NCBI RefSeq assembly: GCF_006345805.1 | Contig: NC_042999.1 | Span: forward strand, 9,548,001 to 9,612,000 | Origin: Octopus sinensis | Taxonomy: Eukaryota | DNA: 64,000 nt | Direction of reading: 5' to 3' | Shown: positions 25,690 through 39,593 of the stretch, one piece after another | Position numbering within the stretch: position 1 is the first letter of the stretch | Layout: each line of letters begins with the position of its first letter | Translations under genes and position numbers: made by a program | Notes under the pieces: generated by a model | What the model was told of the DNA's origin: nothing | Database searches by the model: none | Seen by the model: the letters and a program-made list of their open reading frames with translations, nothing else

Positions 25690-25857
25690 GACTGCATGGT
25701 TAATAAGTTCGCTTTGAAGCCACCTCATTTCAGGTTCAGCCCCAATGCGCGATGACTTGGACAAGTGTCTTCTACTACAGCACCGGACAAACTTATGCCC
25801 TTTGCTTGAAGTTGGTAAGACAAAAACTGTGCGGAAGCTCGCCGAATTATATATATG

Positions 25858-25938
<81 letters not shown>

Positions 25939-26140
25939 TGTGTGTTTTTTTGTTTGCTCCCACTGCTTGAAAGCCGGTTTTAGTTTGTTAACCTACGTAA
26001 ACTAGCGGCTCGGCAGAAGAAACCGATAGAATAAGTAGCATACTTAATAAAAGCGTATGTGCTGGGGTCGATTTGATCGATTAAATTCTTAAAGGCCGTG
26101 CTCCAGTATGGTCGTGGTCCAAAGACTGAAACAAAAGATA
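25690..26140 (+). mobile_element. Diverged SINE family A
   Basis: gacttggacaagtgtcttctactac, internal (TA)/(TG) tract, gtgctccagtatggtcg..gactgaaac tail. Confidence 0.65.
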
Positions 26141-26328
26141 AAAGAACTCTTCATCCTGTGAAGAGTTTTATTGAGTTTCTGTGTTGGTTCATTCATTCAT
26201 TGATAACAGCATTATTTCACTTTCAAATTTTAACACAACGCCAGCACTTTGGAAGGAAGGATAAAAAGCGAGTGCCATGCTTTCTGTTTTGAGGAGCCTG
26301 TGTTCTAGACGAACTCTAGGGCAGTGGT

Positions 26329-26560
26329 TCTTCGCTGGGGATCAATATGAACCTTGGAGCCCATATAATTTTTTTGTTATTAAAATTGATATCCGGTGAT
26401 ACTTTTACAACACGCAAAATATTTGGTAATTTTTTTATACAATTCCTCACAATATTTAATTATAAAAATATGAGATCTTTTTTAACATCAAATGGCCAAG
26501 GGGTCCACTCTATTAAAACAGGAACTAAAGGGGTTCACAGCCAAAAAGTTGCTCTAAGCC
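26329..26560. mobile_element. Probable hAT (Charlie-like) MITE relic
   Basis: cagtggttcttcgctgggg ... ggggttcacagccaaaaagttg; right TIR degenerate. Confidence 0.35.
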
Positions 26561-26794
26561 CTCTTTGAAGCAGTTTAACTTCTGAAAAATGACCGCTGAA
26601 CAGAGAGAGAGAGGATGGTGCAACACCGGAACTTGTTTGGTACTCGTTTCTCAACTGAGCACACAAGAAAGAAAGGTCTTAGTCAAGGACATAACATTCT
26701 GCTCAGTTCCGGAATCGAACCAACAGTCTTGTAATCGTAAATCCAACATTTCACCCACAATCCCATGCACCTCTATAGTATTTCATAACTTATT

Positions 26795-27390
26795 TCTTTA
26801 CTACCCACAAGGAGCTAAACACAGAGAGGACAAACAAGGACAGACAAACGGATTAAGTCGATTAGATCGACCCCAGTGCGTAACTGGTACTTATTTAATC
26901 GACTCCGAAAGGATGAAAGGCAAAGTCGACATCGGCGGAATTTGAACTCAGAACATAGCGGCAGACGAAATACCTATTTCTTTACTACCCACAAGGGGCT
27001 AAACACAGAGGGGACAAACAAGGACAGACAAACGGATTAAGTCGATTATATCGACCCCAGTGCGTAACTGGTACTTATTTAATCGACTCCGAAAGGATGA
27101 AAGGCAAAGTCGACCTCGCGGAGTTTGAACTCAGAACATAAAGACAGGCGAAATAACTATTTCTTTACTACCCACAAGGGGCTAAACACAGAGGGGACAA
27201 ACAAGGACAGGCAAACGGTTTAAGCCGATTATATCGACTCCAATGCGTAACTGGTACTTAATTTATCGACCCCAAAATGATGAAAGGCAAAGTCGACCTC
27301 GGCGGAATTTGAACTCAGAACGTAACGGCAGACGAAATACCGCGAAGCATTTCGCCCGTCGTGCTAACGTTTCTGCCAGCTCGACGCCTT
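26795..27390 (-). mobile_element. SINE family C tandem array (one head, about 3 units)
   Basis: Repeats of tttctttactacccacaagg..gaatttgaactcagaac with period about 184 bp. Confidence 0.85.
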
Positions 27391-27673
27391 ATAACAGTTC
27401 AGAACCTAATAATTTAGAAACGCAGCTGATAAGTCCGTAGTCTGAAAGTAAGCATCAATGTAGTTACAGATATGTGTAATTTAAAATGCAGTAATCTTAG
27501 ATACACGTAAATATATATATTTAAACTGTAGCCTTGATATAGAATTATTTTTAACTAGGATTGATAACCGCAAAACAAAATCGAGGAAATTTAATGCTTT
27601 TATGTGGGGAGGGGAAATTAACGAGTCTGTTGAGTCTGATGATCATTTTTATATTAATATCAAGTTTAATGTT

Positions 27674-28430
27674 CAAGGCGGTGAGCTGGCAGAAACGTTT
27701 GCACGCCGGGCGAAATACGTAGCCGTACTTCCTCTGCCGCTACGTTCTGAGTTCAAATTCCGCCAAGGTCGACTTTGCCTTTCATCATTTCGGGGTCGAA
27801 AGTACCAGTTACGCACTGGGGATCGATATAATCGACTTAATCCGTTTGTGTCTCCTTGTTTGTCCTCTCTGTGTTTAGCCCCTTGTGGGTAGCAAAGAAA
27901 TAGATATTTCGTCTGTCTTTACGTTCTGAGTTCAAATTCCGCTGAGGTTGACTTTGCCTTTCATCCTTTCGAGGTCGATAAATTAAGTACCAGTTATGCA
28001 CTGGGGTCGATGTAATCGACTTAATCCGTTTGTGTCTCCTTGTTTATCCTCTCTGTGTTTAGCCCCTTGTGGGTAGCAAAGAAATAGATATTTCGTCTGT
28101 CTTTACGTTCTGAGTTCAAATTCCGCTGAGGTCGACTTTGCCTTTCATCCTTTCGAGGTCGATAAATTAAGTACCAGTTACGCACTGGGGTCGATGTAAT
28201 CGACTTAATCCGTTTGTCTGTCCTTGTTTGTCCTCTCTGTGTTTAGCCCCTTGTGGGTAGTAAAGAAACAGATATTTCGTCTGTCTTTACGTTCTGAGTT
28301 CAAATTCCGCCGAGGTCGACTTTGCGTTTCGTCCTTTCGGGGTCGATAAATTAAGTACCAGTTGCGTACTGAGGTCGATCTAATCTACTGTCCCCCCACC
28401 CCCGTTCTCCAAAATTTCAGGCATTGTCCC
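27674..28430 (+). mobile_element. SINE family C tandem array (one head, 3 full units, partial unit with alternative tail)
   Basis: tatttcgtctgtctttacgttctgag starts at 27905, 28089 and 28273 (period 184). Confidence 0.88.
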
Positions 28431-28531
28431 TTGAGTAGAAAAGAATATCAGGTTCGAAGACATAGTGTGAAGCAATTAGAGTTTGCATTTATAGGATTAC
28501 ACCACAGGAGGAAATGTGTATGCAACGGGGA

Positions 28532-29240
28532 AAGCGCGTGGTTTAGGGGTTAGGGCATTCGGCTGAGGATCATAAGGTCGTGAGTTCGAGTACCGGCGAC
28601 GCGTTTTGTCTCTGAGCGAGACACTTTATTTCACGTTGATCCAATCCACTCAGCTGGCAAAAATGAATTGTACCAGTAATTCAAAGGGGGCCAGCCTTGT
28701 CATGTCCTGTGTTGCGCTCAATTTCCCTGAAAATCTTCATATATAAAAGTGAGGTTGTGTGCTGTCTGTCTCCTAGGATTTAGATTCCTAACTACTCCCA
28801 CATTTTGCGGTGCAGTTTAACCAAAACCGGGTAGCTTATAGTCGTGATTCATATCGAGCCCTTCTGAGTATTAGCGCGCGTCTACGATGAGTCTACGATT
28901 TAAAAAAAAATTTACCATCAATTTTTCCCATTTTAATGCATTGTTGGCATATATAAGGGAAGTAACATTCTAAAAATTTATTATTAAATCTCAGAACGTA
29001 AAAAGCTACAGTACCCCCCCCCCTTTGTGATTAGCCATATTGAGATGGCTATTATACTTTACATCTCTAAAAATGCTTATATAGTTATTTCCCTTACAAA
29101 CCCGAGCAACGCCGGGCGATACTGCTGGTTACGTATAGGCTACGCGTGTCTGTGAAAGGCTCAGCCACTTACACGTTAATTTCGCGAAAAGACTGCTCCG
29201 TTGATCGGATCAACTGGAACCCCCGTCGTCGCCGTTGCCA
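28532..29240 (+). mobile_element. SINE family B interrupted by a Helitron-like element
   Basis: Head gcgcgtggtttaggggttagg..gagttcgagtac; body resumes at 29129 with ttacgtataggctacgcgtgtctg. Confidence 0.7.
28734..29128 (+). mobile_element. Non-autonomous Helitron-like element, second copy
   Basis: 5' TC ... CTGG 3' (CTRR) between A and T; same hairpin; aligns along its length to 10176-10569. Confidence 0.75.
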
Positions 29241-30389
29241 CCGATGGACTGTCAATATGCAATTACAAAAGCACCAACGACTAGAACTGTTCAAACGAGA
29301 ACCCTTTAATATAGTTCATACTGATTGCTAAGGTCAACCAATTTCAGCATTACCTGGGCAATTAGCTGTATATGAACTGCTAGAAAGTCAATAGTCTCCG
29401 CTCAATCATTTTAATCTTCTTGACTAAGATTGTTTACTTTCATCTTGCTACAGATTTAATTAATTTATTATCAACTAATTCTGTTTTAGGAGGCATTGAT
29501 TTTAAGATGAGATTAAAACTAGTGGAACATAAAGACCAGCTTGCTTGTCACCAGCAATATTTTTGGAGCAATTAAGAGATTTTTGTAGTGCTTTGTAGCT
29601 CATTTTTTGTGTTTTTGTTTTAAATTTCGTGTTATCATTTTTTTTTTAAAGATGAAAGAGCATGTGTGATGATATCTTTAAAATTTTTGTTGTTGAATTT
29701 TGTTGTTATTAAACGACAAACTTTCTAAACGATACGATGTAGTCACACACCCTCATATTAAACAACATTAACAAGAATAATCCGAAAATTAGCAACAACT
29801 GAAATAACATTAGCGCTACAACAGCTCAAATACTAACGATGCTGCAATATATAATTCCTAGTGGCATTAAAAATATCTCCAATGACAAGCAAGTTATCCA
29901 CAGCACAGCGTCAAAAGAAAACATTCATTCCAGGAGCGCTAAAGTCATATACCAACTGGAGTTTGACGAAGTGGTACGCTATTGTCTAAGATTCCTCTAG
30001 GTGTTCACAAGAGGGTATTACTGTCTACACTGAGAAATACTAATATAAGCAGAATGATAATATAACTGTAAATGTGAGTGTATATGAATGTATGCATGTA
30101 TAATTGTGCATGTATGTATAAATGTCTGCGAGCATTTGCGCACGTGTATCAGCACATGCATGCATGGCCGCATTCTTATAGACATACACACAACTCAGGA
30201 GTCACATTTATTATCATTATTATTATTATTACATTTATCATTGTTCATTTAATGAATAAATTCTGTGTTTCATTAAAACTGAAATAACTGTTATCTGTTC
30301 TATGTTATCAGTGAGGAAAACACCGTGCCATCTTTCCCACCATCTTCATCATCACAACAATCATATCTCACCACAATCTTTACTATTTC

Positions 30390-30429
<40 letters not shown>

Positions 30430-30832
30430 CGTTTTCCTATCTATGCACATTCTTCAATGTTTATATCTTATTTTGCTATTCCCCTCCTCCACCCTTATTA
30501 AATACGCAACGTCAGTATGTCCGACTTCGTATAGCGAAACGATGTCTGACGACGAACAGACCGTTTTGGAGACTAGTTTTCTGTCTCTTCTTTTCTAATC
30601 TCTCCGATAATAATCGAAGTGACAAGCATTATCAACCAATATGGCAGAAAGTCGTTCTTCGTGGCAAAGGCGTCCTCGGCCCTGCATACTAAATACTTAC
30701 GCGGTAGGATCTCCCACACGAAATATAATGAGCTGAACTAATGAGAGTTTGCCCTGCAGCAAGTAAACAGAAACTCTTTCTTTCTTTCTTGTGTTTGAGA
30801 TCGAAAACAAGCATGCTAGAAATGGTGATGGA

Positions 30833-31212
30833 AGCACTCCGTCGGTTACGACGACGAGGGTTCCGGTTGATCCGAATCAACGGAACAGCCTGCTCGTGAA
30901 ATTAACGTGTAAGTGGCTGAGCACTCCACAGACACGTGTACCCTTAACGTAGTTCTCGGGGATATTCAGCGTGACACAGAGAGTGACAAGGCCGACCCCT
31001 TGAAATACAGGTACAACAGAAACAGGAAGTAAGAGTGAGAGAAAGTTGTGGTGAAAGAGTACAGCAGGGATCACCACCATCCCCTGCAGGAGCCACGCGG
31101 AGCCTTAGGTGTTTTCGCTCAATAAACACTCACAACGCCCGGTCTGGGAATCGAAACCGCGATCCTATGACTGCGAGTCCGCTGCCCTAACCACTGGGCC
31201 ATTGCGCCTCCA
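30833..31212 (-). mobile_element. SINE family B
   Basis: Reverse complement of the 52937-53258 type, with full head. Confidence 0.88.
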
Positions 31213-31329
31213 TATGCTAGAAATAACGCCAATGGAACAAGTGAATTATTTTGGTGGATGGTGGATGATGGAGAGTTTAGACGATGCAGTCGGAGGATAT
31301 TTTCTCCTTAAAACTAACGACTGAACTTT

Positions 31330-31720
31330 GCGTTGGTTTCAAGTCTTGGCAGAACGCCAGCAAATTCGAGGAAGGGGAAAGTTGATTTCATCGACCCTAG
31401 TGTTTAGCGGGTACTTCGATAGGATGAAAGGCAAAGTCGACCTCGGTGGAATCTGAACTCAGAACATAAAGACAGACAAAATGTGACTAAACATTTCTTC
31501 CGGCATGCGAAAAATTCTTTTCTACTCTAGGCACAAGGCCCAAAATTTGGAGGGGAGGGCGCCAGTCGATTAGATTGACGCCAGTACGCATCTGGTACTT
31601 ATATTATCGACCTCGAAAGGATGAAAGGCGGAATCTGAACTCAGAACGTAAAGACAGACGAAATACGGCTAAACATTTCATCCGGCATGCAAACAATTCT
31701 GCCAGATCGCCGCCTTAGAC
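31330..31720 (-). mobile_element. SINE family C, diverged dimer
   Basis: Two ggatgaaaggc..gaatctgaactcagaac units. Confidence 0.7.
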
Positions 31721-31739
31721 TGAGTTCTCTATTTTAAAA

Positions 31740-32330
31740 CTATGATCGCTTTGCTTGTTTATCGCGATTTTCTGTTCGACCATTTTGAGGATCCACTCAT
31801 CTCTCGTCTAACCGAGTCTCCCCAAATGCTTCACTGCTTAGAAGTTAAACAGGGGTTCTCTCCGTTGACTTGCACCTTTCTCTTGCATCAGAGTTGCCAT
31901 GTGTCTCGGTCCCTGCGTGTATGGGTTACAAATATTCCGTTGCGGAGCGGAGCTACAGTGATCGAGTTCGGATTGTACCAGTTCTCTGCTCATCACAACG
32001 TGGTACGTTTTATTGTCACACCTCACTGAACCATGTTATTAAAAGAGGTCTTGACTCTTCCGGTTACCCTGCTACATCTAGAGTTTGTTGGCCTGGACTA
32101 TGACAACAACAGGCATCCGGACGGTTTCATCTTTTTCCCCATTGGAGACGAGCAAATCAACCGTCTGGGATGTCTCTTGTTGTGACAAATTCTCCAGTAC
32201 CGACTTTATCGCTTCGGTCATAAACCTGGAAGCAGCTCCCAGCTAAGTGAAAGAGCAGAGGTTGACCAAATGCGAACCATTGACAGTCGTTGGGGTGCCG
32301 CTCTTCTCTTTGAAAATGGCACAACGGCAC
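31740..32330 (-). pseudogene. Old Tx1-like ORF2 C-terminal relic
   Basis: Minus strand ..GEKDETVR(H)A..HSP and KRKVQV..LTSKQ*SIWGDSVR resemble DDETVLHALVQCP and KRKVRVERQVLSSECFKKRWVNVAR of the Tx1 element. Confidence 0.45.
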
Positions 32331-32550
32331 TGCGCTTCAGAATAAAATAAAGAACCATGTACGGAAAAGCAGGTGGTGTAGTGGATACGATTGGCTGTTC
32401 TTTGCTCTGCTATCCACATTGCGTGTGGGGGAGGAATTACTCATGAGAAAATATATTGAATGTGTTTGGTTATTTCAGACTATTATGAATATATATATAT
32501 ATGTAAATAAGAAAAGTTAATTATATACCCATTTGTAAAGCCAATGGCAC

Positions 32551-32618
<68 letters not shown>

Positions 32619-33084
32619 ACATACGCATACATACATGCATAAGTGTGTGTGTGTATGCATGAATATGTGTGCGTATGCATGTACGTGTGTATATTATATA
32701 TATGTGTGTGTGTGTATGTATGAACGCATGTATGAAAGTATTGATCAATTACCATACACGGCTATCAGAACATCCATCAATCTTCCTTCTCACCATTTCC
32801 ATTCCATTTTGTATGTTTTTCTATCAATATGAGTCAGAATTGCAGATGTGTGTGTGTGTGTGTGTGTGTGTATTGATCACTATAAATCAGCTGATATTTG
32901 GTGGGTGGGGTTCCAGTATCATATATATATTAGTTTTACTGTTTAAACATTAAAGTGTAGAGGAAGAGTAAAGTTTCTGTTGTGCTTTAGCCCTAGGTCA
33001 CCCCTGGTTGTCCAAAAGTGGTCCAGCTCTGAACAACCCCATTTTATTTACAAATAATCATAATGTATTTATGATTACATTAAG

Positions 33085-33249
33085 TGCAGGCATGGCTATG
33101 TGGTAAAGGAGTTCATCGTTTGAAGCCAAGCGGTTTCAAGTTCGGTCCCAATGCGCGGCACATTGAGCAAGGGTCTTCCACTACAGCTCCAGGCCGACCA
33201 GTGCCTTGTCAGCGAATTTGGTAGACAGAAACTGTGTAGAAGCCCGTCG

Positions 33250-33339
<90 letters not shown>

Positions 33340-33470
33340 TGCGTGTTTGTGTTAATAATTGTTCCTCCAACGCCTGACAACCGGTACCGGTATTGGTTTG
33401 TTTACGTTCCCGTAACATAGCGGTTGGGCAGAAGTGACTGATAAATAGATTAAGTAAATATAATGCGGTG
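33085..33470 (+). mobile_element. Diverged SINE family A
   Basis: gcaggcatggctatgtggtaaagg, ggttcggtcccaatgcgcggcacattgagcaag, internal (GT)n. Confidence 0.7.
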
Positions 33471-33484
33471 AATGGTGGAATCGA

Positions 33485-33797
33485 CAAAGTAACGAGGAGT
33501 CCCAGTTGATCTGATCAATGGAACAGCCTGCTCGTGAAATTAACGTGCAAGTGGTTGAGTACTCCACAGATACGTGTATCCTTAATGTAGTTCTCAGGGA
33601 GATTCTGCGAGGTACAGAGTGTGATAGGACTAGCCCCCTTTGAATTACAGGTACAACTCATTTTTGCCAGCGGTGTGGGCTGGAGCAACGTGAAATAAAG
33701 TGTCTTGCTCAAGATACACAACGCACTGCCGGGAATTGAACTCACAACCTTACAATCAAGAGCCGAGTACCCCTAACCACCAAGCCACACGCCTTCA
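33485..33797 (-). mobile_element. SINE family B
   Basis: ggaacagcctgctcgtgaaattaacgtgcaagtgg..gggaattgaactc. Confidence 0.8.
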
Positions 33798-33834
33798 TAC
33801 TTCATTTCACTATTTCTCTAATAATTCTTTCAAA

Positions 33835-34215
33835 TATAGGCCCAAAGCCTGAAATTTGAAGAGGATGCTAGTCGATTACATCGACCCCAGTACTCAACTG
33901 GTGCTTAATTTATCGACCTCAAAAATATAAAAAGCAAAGTCGACCTCGGTGGAATTTGAACTCAGAACGTAGCGTCAGAAAAAATACCTATTTCTTTACT
34001 ACCCTCAAAGGGCTAAACACAGAGGGGACAAACAAGGACAGACAAACGGATTAGGTCGATTATATCAACACCAGTGCGTAACTGGTACTTATTTAATCGA
34101 CCCCGAAAAGATGAAAGGCATTGTCGACCTCGGCGGAATTTGAACTCAGAACGTAGCGGCAGACGAAATACCGCTAAGCATTTCGCCCGGCGTGCTAGCG
34201 ATTCAACCAGCTCGA
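33835..34215 (-). mobile_element. SINE family C dimer
   Basis: Two units joined at gaaata|ggtatt; head at 34150-34215. Confidence 0.8.
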
Positions 34216-34254
34216 CACCTTTATGTCTCTAATAATTGTGTTGTTTGTTCCTTC

Positions 34255-34518
34255 TCGAACCATGCCTGGCTCATAAGGGCCGGTTTCCCGGTTTCATTGA
34301 CGTATGGGTTCCCCACCGTCTCGGGTGAGCTGCTTGATGCAGGAGGAAAGAGTGAGAAAAAGTTGTGCAGCGAAAGAGTCAGCAGACGTTCGCCATTACC
34401 TTCTGCCGCATGGAGCTTAGGTGTTTCGCTCATAAACCCACACCTCCCGGTCTGAGATTTGAACCCGCGATCCCGCAATTGCGATTCCGCTGCTATAACC
34501 CTAGGCCATGTGCCTCTA
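34255..34518 (-). mobile_element. SINE family B-type (same variant as 19853)
   Basis: Reverse complement of 19853-20140. Confidence 0.75.
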
Positions 34519-35739
34519 CTCCCTATTAGTTACCCTACCAAAAATGATAGCTCTTACACGGATCACAATAACACATTCTATTTATATAACTATGGAATAT
34601 TCGTAACAACACTAATATCCTGCCTAATCAGATAAGATCGTTTTGATAGTCACACATATTCTAATTAACCGATTTAATTAATAATCTTGTCATTAACAAT
34701 ATTCATCAGATAGTTCCTCCTTTTAATGGCCTCATACAAAGCTATCTCGCCATAAAATGAGAGATAAATCTCTTGAATCAATCAACGCCAGTCATTTATA
34801 TCGAAGTAATATGGCAGATATTTATTCCGATCCAACTTGGGTCCCCTACGTGGGTGGTCGACCTGCTAGAAATAACAGCCAATATCTCTCTCAAACCACA
34901 TTCTGCTGTTTTTCTGTTTTTGTTTTTTAGAACTCTAAATAATTTACTTCAGGATACACTAGATAATAATGTACTTCAGGGTACTCTAAATTGGAAAAGA
35001 AAGACAACAGTAATAGCCGAAATATCTTTATTCATATCTTCTTCTTCTCCTTTTCCGAAAGGATAAAAGACGAAAGTTGATCACAGTGGGATTTGAACTC
35101 AGAACGTAAAGATTTAGAACAAATACGGTAAACCATTTTTTTTTCAAACACTCTAACACCGTCACATTATTTTGTCAACCTCAAAAGGTTGAAGGGCGAA
35201 GTTGACCTCAGCAGGAATTGAACGTGTAACCTAAAGATCTGTAACAAAGAGACCAAAATATTTAATCCGCTGTTCTAATGATTCAACCGATTCACCGTCT
35301 TAGAAGGACTGCGGATCTTTTTGAGGAATTCCGGTCAGAATCTGAATGCTAGAGGAACACTGCATCGCCTTCGCTGATTCCGTGACGCTTGAAACATCCG
35401 TTATTCATTGCGCTAATGTTTCTTTTTTCTCACTGCAGCCCTTACGTAAGAGAGACATACCGAGCCAACGTTCGTCTTTCGTTTCTCACAGACAATTGAT
35501 CCAGTGTTAGTTAATTGTTCCTAACTATGAACACAATGTCGTACCAGGGATGGGGAGTGAATTATCGATACGATAGATCAATAACCGGATACAAACCCTA
35601 TCCAGTAAGCTATTTCGGCTGAGTCTGACGCCAAATACATATTAATTCCGTTTTGGTGGAAACAGAAATATATTTCGTTTAATGTAAAATGTTTGATAAG
35701 AAATAAAAGAAAACAAAACGTTCCGCCATAAATGACTGA

Positions 35740-35980
35740 TTAAATTTTGTTGGGTGTGTGTGTGTGTGTGTATAACAATGTGCGTGTGTGTGTAACAATG
35801 TGCGTGTGTGTGTAACAATGTGTGTGTGTGTGTAACAATGTGTGTGTGTGTGTGTATTTATTTTGATGTATTTTTTAAAGAATATTAAACCAGATATTTC
35901 TAATTTATTGGTTTCGATGCAAATATTTAAAACAAATGTTTTGTAAACCAGTTTTGGAATCTACAGCACAGAATTCAACG

Positions 35981-36011
<31 letters not shown>

Positions 36012-36043
36012 ACACACACACACACACACACACACACACCACA

Positions 36044-36086
<43 letters not shown>

Positions 36087-36381
36087 GTAAAAATTTATAC
36101 ACGCACAGCACATAGACACATATATATATACTTACATGCACACATTAACATACAAACATATATGCATACATACACACATGCACACGCATACATACACACA
36201 TGCACACGCATACATACATACTTACGCACACATGCACACCTCAAATATACACTCGTACCCGACAGCCAACGAAACATGTCTTTACACTGACAGAACAATG
36301 TTCACATACATAAATAAGGACATATACACAACTATACACAGTCAAGCTCGCACACAACCACATATATAAGCATACACACAG

Positions 36382-36419
<38 letters not shown>

Positions 36420-36530
36420 GCATACGTGCATACACACACGTATAAATTCACATACATAACAATACACATGTATAAAAATACGTATACAATCATACATATA
36501 TTTATACATACATGCATGCGTGTGTGCGCG
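35740..36530. repeat. (GT)n/(CA)n low-complexity region including a 22-bp gtgtgtaacaat tandem
   Basis: Direct reading. Confidence 0.85.
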
Positions 36531-36571
36531 TGTATCCTTACATAAATTACATAGAGTCAAAAATAAGAGTA

Positions 36572-36890
36572 CTCAGTCGGTTACGACGATGAGGGTCCCA
36601 ACTGATACCATTAAAGGAACAGCTTGCTCGTGAATTTAACATGCAAGTGGCTGAGTACTCCACAGACACGCGTACCCCTAACGTTGTTCTCAGGGAGATT
36701 CAGAGTGACACAGAGTTTGACAAGCCTGACACCCATTGAATTACGGGTACAACTCATTTTTGCCAGTTGAGTAGACTGGAGCAATGTAAAAGAAAGTGTC
36801 TTGCTCAAGGACACAATGGGCCGCCGGGAATTGAACTCACGACCTTAAAATCGTGAGCCGAATGCCCTAACCACTAAGCCACGTGCTTTC
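36572..36890 (-). mobile_element. SINE family B
   Basis: As 30833-31212. Confidence 0.8.
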
Positions 36891-37287
36891 ATATACACAC
36901 ACACGCACACTCCTATATACACCGGCCAAACCGTGTTCTCATTTATTAGCAGGAACCAAGCGGATGAGAGTATCGTGTCAGTTATACATTGCAGAAAATA
37001 ATGCATGCACACATACATACATACACACACATGCATTCACACACATACATATACATACATACATATACGCATACACATACACACATGCACTGATGCGCGC
37101 GCAAGTATATTAGATTTTTTTACGATGTTTTCCTATATTCTTGTGTTAAGCATGACTGATTCGACAAGCTATTAATACCGAAGAGATTATAATAATTTAA
37201 CAATGAATTAATCTATTTATCATCATATCTGCTGGCGTATTTGTCTATTACTCTATCTCTCACTCATCTCTCTTTATTTCTTCCTCC

Positions 37288-37295
37288 TTCTTTCC

Positions 37296-37378
<83 letters not shown>

Positions 37379-37592
37379 CCTATCTATCTACCTATTAATC
37401 AATCAATCAATCTATCTGTCAATCTATCTATCATTCTATCAATATCTCTACCTATTTATCTATTTGTCAATCTATCTATCTACCTATCTGTCTATCTATT
37501 CATCTATCAATCTATCTATCTCTCAATATATCTATCTATCTGTCTATCTATCTACCTACCTACTTATCTATCTATCTATCTATCTATCTATC
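37288..37592. repeat. (TATC)n microsatellite, 5' flank of the Tx1 element
   Basis: Direct reading. Confidence 0.95.
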
Positions 37593-37808
37593 AATGGACG
37601 GACGCTAGTCATATCGGCTCCATGTAAGTTGGCCACTTTTACATGTTTAAAACTCCTTGTTGTCAAATATTTTGTTTTAATCGTTGTGCAAGTTCATTCA
37701 CTAAAAAACCTGAGAATTATTCACGTAGAATTCCGCCCCTGTATGGGCGAAATTACAAAAAAACTTTCAAAACTTTCGTGGGTTTTTTAGCCATTTTTCA
37801 TTTTGAAA

Positions 37809-39593
37809 ATGGCAACTGGAAACCACGTGGCTAGCCCGCCAGTCATGCAGAACGGTAGCAAAACACTATTGCTACCACTAGCTGCTAAACATCGCAGCGT
37901 GAACACCGCTGTCACCACCATCACCACCACCAACAACAACAACAACAAATCTAACGTCGCATTCACCATCGCCGCGACCAAAGACATTAACTTAGATTTC
38001 CCCTCACTCCCCACACCACTTGTTGATGATAAAGGGACAGAGAAAGGGATTTCAAAAATGAATACAAACGAAAACATGAATGCCAGCACCACCACCATCA
38101 CCACCAACAACAACAACGAAATTGGCACAAAGCCGCCTACCAAAGACAACACCGCCAACACCAACACCACTACTACGACGTCAAATGCTACATCCAAGCC
38201 TTCTACTGCTAATACCGCCAACACCAACACCACTACCGTGACTTCAATTAACACTGCCACAATTAACACTTCTACTGCCAAATTCAAAACGAATTTTGCG
38301 GACGTAACAAAACAAAAAAGAACAATTGTAACATTCACCACACAAGAGATAAACCGCACAAAGGCACTCTTCTCCAAAGAAGGAGACAAATTGCACCTTC
38401 ACATTCCACAACACATCGTGGAAAACACACAAAAAAAAACAATAATTTATAAAGTAATAAACAAAAAAACAAGAAGAACAGAAAATGCACCGCAGGAAAA
38501 AATCGAAAAATGACTTCGTCCTGCATGGGACTCCAAGGAATATATCAGTTGGGGAAACAAATTTGGTACAGTCCAAGTACGTTTCCTCAACGAAAGTTTA
38601 GCAAAACGTTTTTCCACATTGGAGCTACATTCGGACGACTTGGTAATGATACCAGTCTATTTAAACAAAAGGGTCACGAAAGTCCAAATAAAAAACATAC
38701 CATTTGATGTCGAAACACAATGGTTGGTCTCTGCCATCTGCTTTGAAATGTCAGAGACAATGTCAGAGACAAACATCCTGGAAATCGCGGTTCTAGGAGA
38801 GAAAGACTATGTGGGCAAATCAATCGAATTCCTGCTTCAATTGGATGAAGCAGCAAGCGCTATAGAACTGCCAGGAGGCTACAAACTCTATATAGTGGTA
38901 GAGGGCAGGCGACCACGCTGCTATTTGTGTGGAAGCGAAACACACTTGAAAAAGACGTGCCCAACCACTGCACACCAAGAGCAACAACAACAACCACTAC
39001 CACAACCAAAGCACTCCGGAAAAAAAGCTCTACTACCCACACCAGCATCAACACAGAAGACGACAAGAGAAGCACACCAAGCTAATCCGTCATCAACCAA
39101 AAACCACTCAACACCTGAAAAAATACCAACACCACCAACACAGCAAAACCCAAAGGAACAGAAAAAACAAAGAAAACACACACAAACTGATCCCCCATCC
39201 CTTATACCGCACTCAAACACACACAAACACTCAACAACCAACAACAACGAAAACAACAACACAACCACTTACACAGACATACATAGAAGCCCACAACATA
39301 CCCCTACCCCCTCTGATTCCTCAGAAATTTCGTCGGAAGACGAAACCAGTGAGGAATGGCAAATAGCTACAAAAAGAAGGAAAATAAAGAGCAGAGAAAC
39401 ACAACCAAACCAAATGCAAACACGAACAAAGCAGGGGGAATACATCTCCCGAAGACATTTCAAAACCCAACGCAAACAACAGCCACACCATCACCACAAA
39501 AACATATACAGCAAACATGCTCACAGCCATAGACACCAAAAACACAAATTTGATGGAATACATCCAATCAAAAACAAACATAACAGAAGATGA
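37809..39593 (+). pseudogene. Tx1 ORF1 (gag-like): T/N-rich N-terminus, central domain, zinc knuckle, low-complexity tail
   Basis: Track ORFs 37803 and 38619 are in one frame, separated by a single TGA at 38511-38513; CYLCGSETHLKKTC (CX2CX4HX4C) at 38919-38960. Confidence 0.8.

Noticed and set aside
27905-28430. Regular 184-bp repeats as a possible CRISPR array or satellite
   Set aside because: No unique spacers; the units are SINE-C bodies in eukaryotic DNA
30505-30595. gaaacgatgtc and ctgacga..gagactagtt hammerhead-like fragments
   Set aside because: Core elements and stem I cannot be assembled into one consistent fold
34590-34720. CTGATGA on the minus strand
   Set aside because: No correctly placed GAAA or complementary stem I
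37787-38389. 200-aa V/L-rich antisense ORF
   Set aside because: Shadow of the A/C-biased Tx1 ORF1
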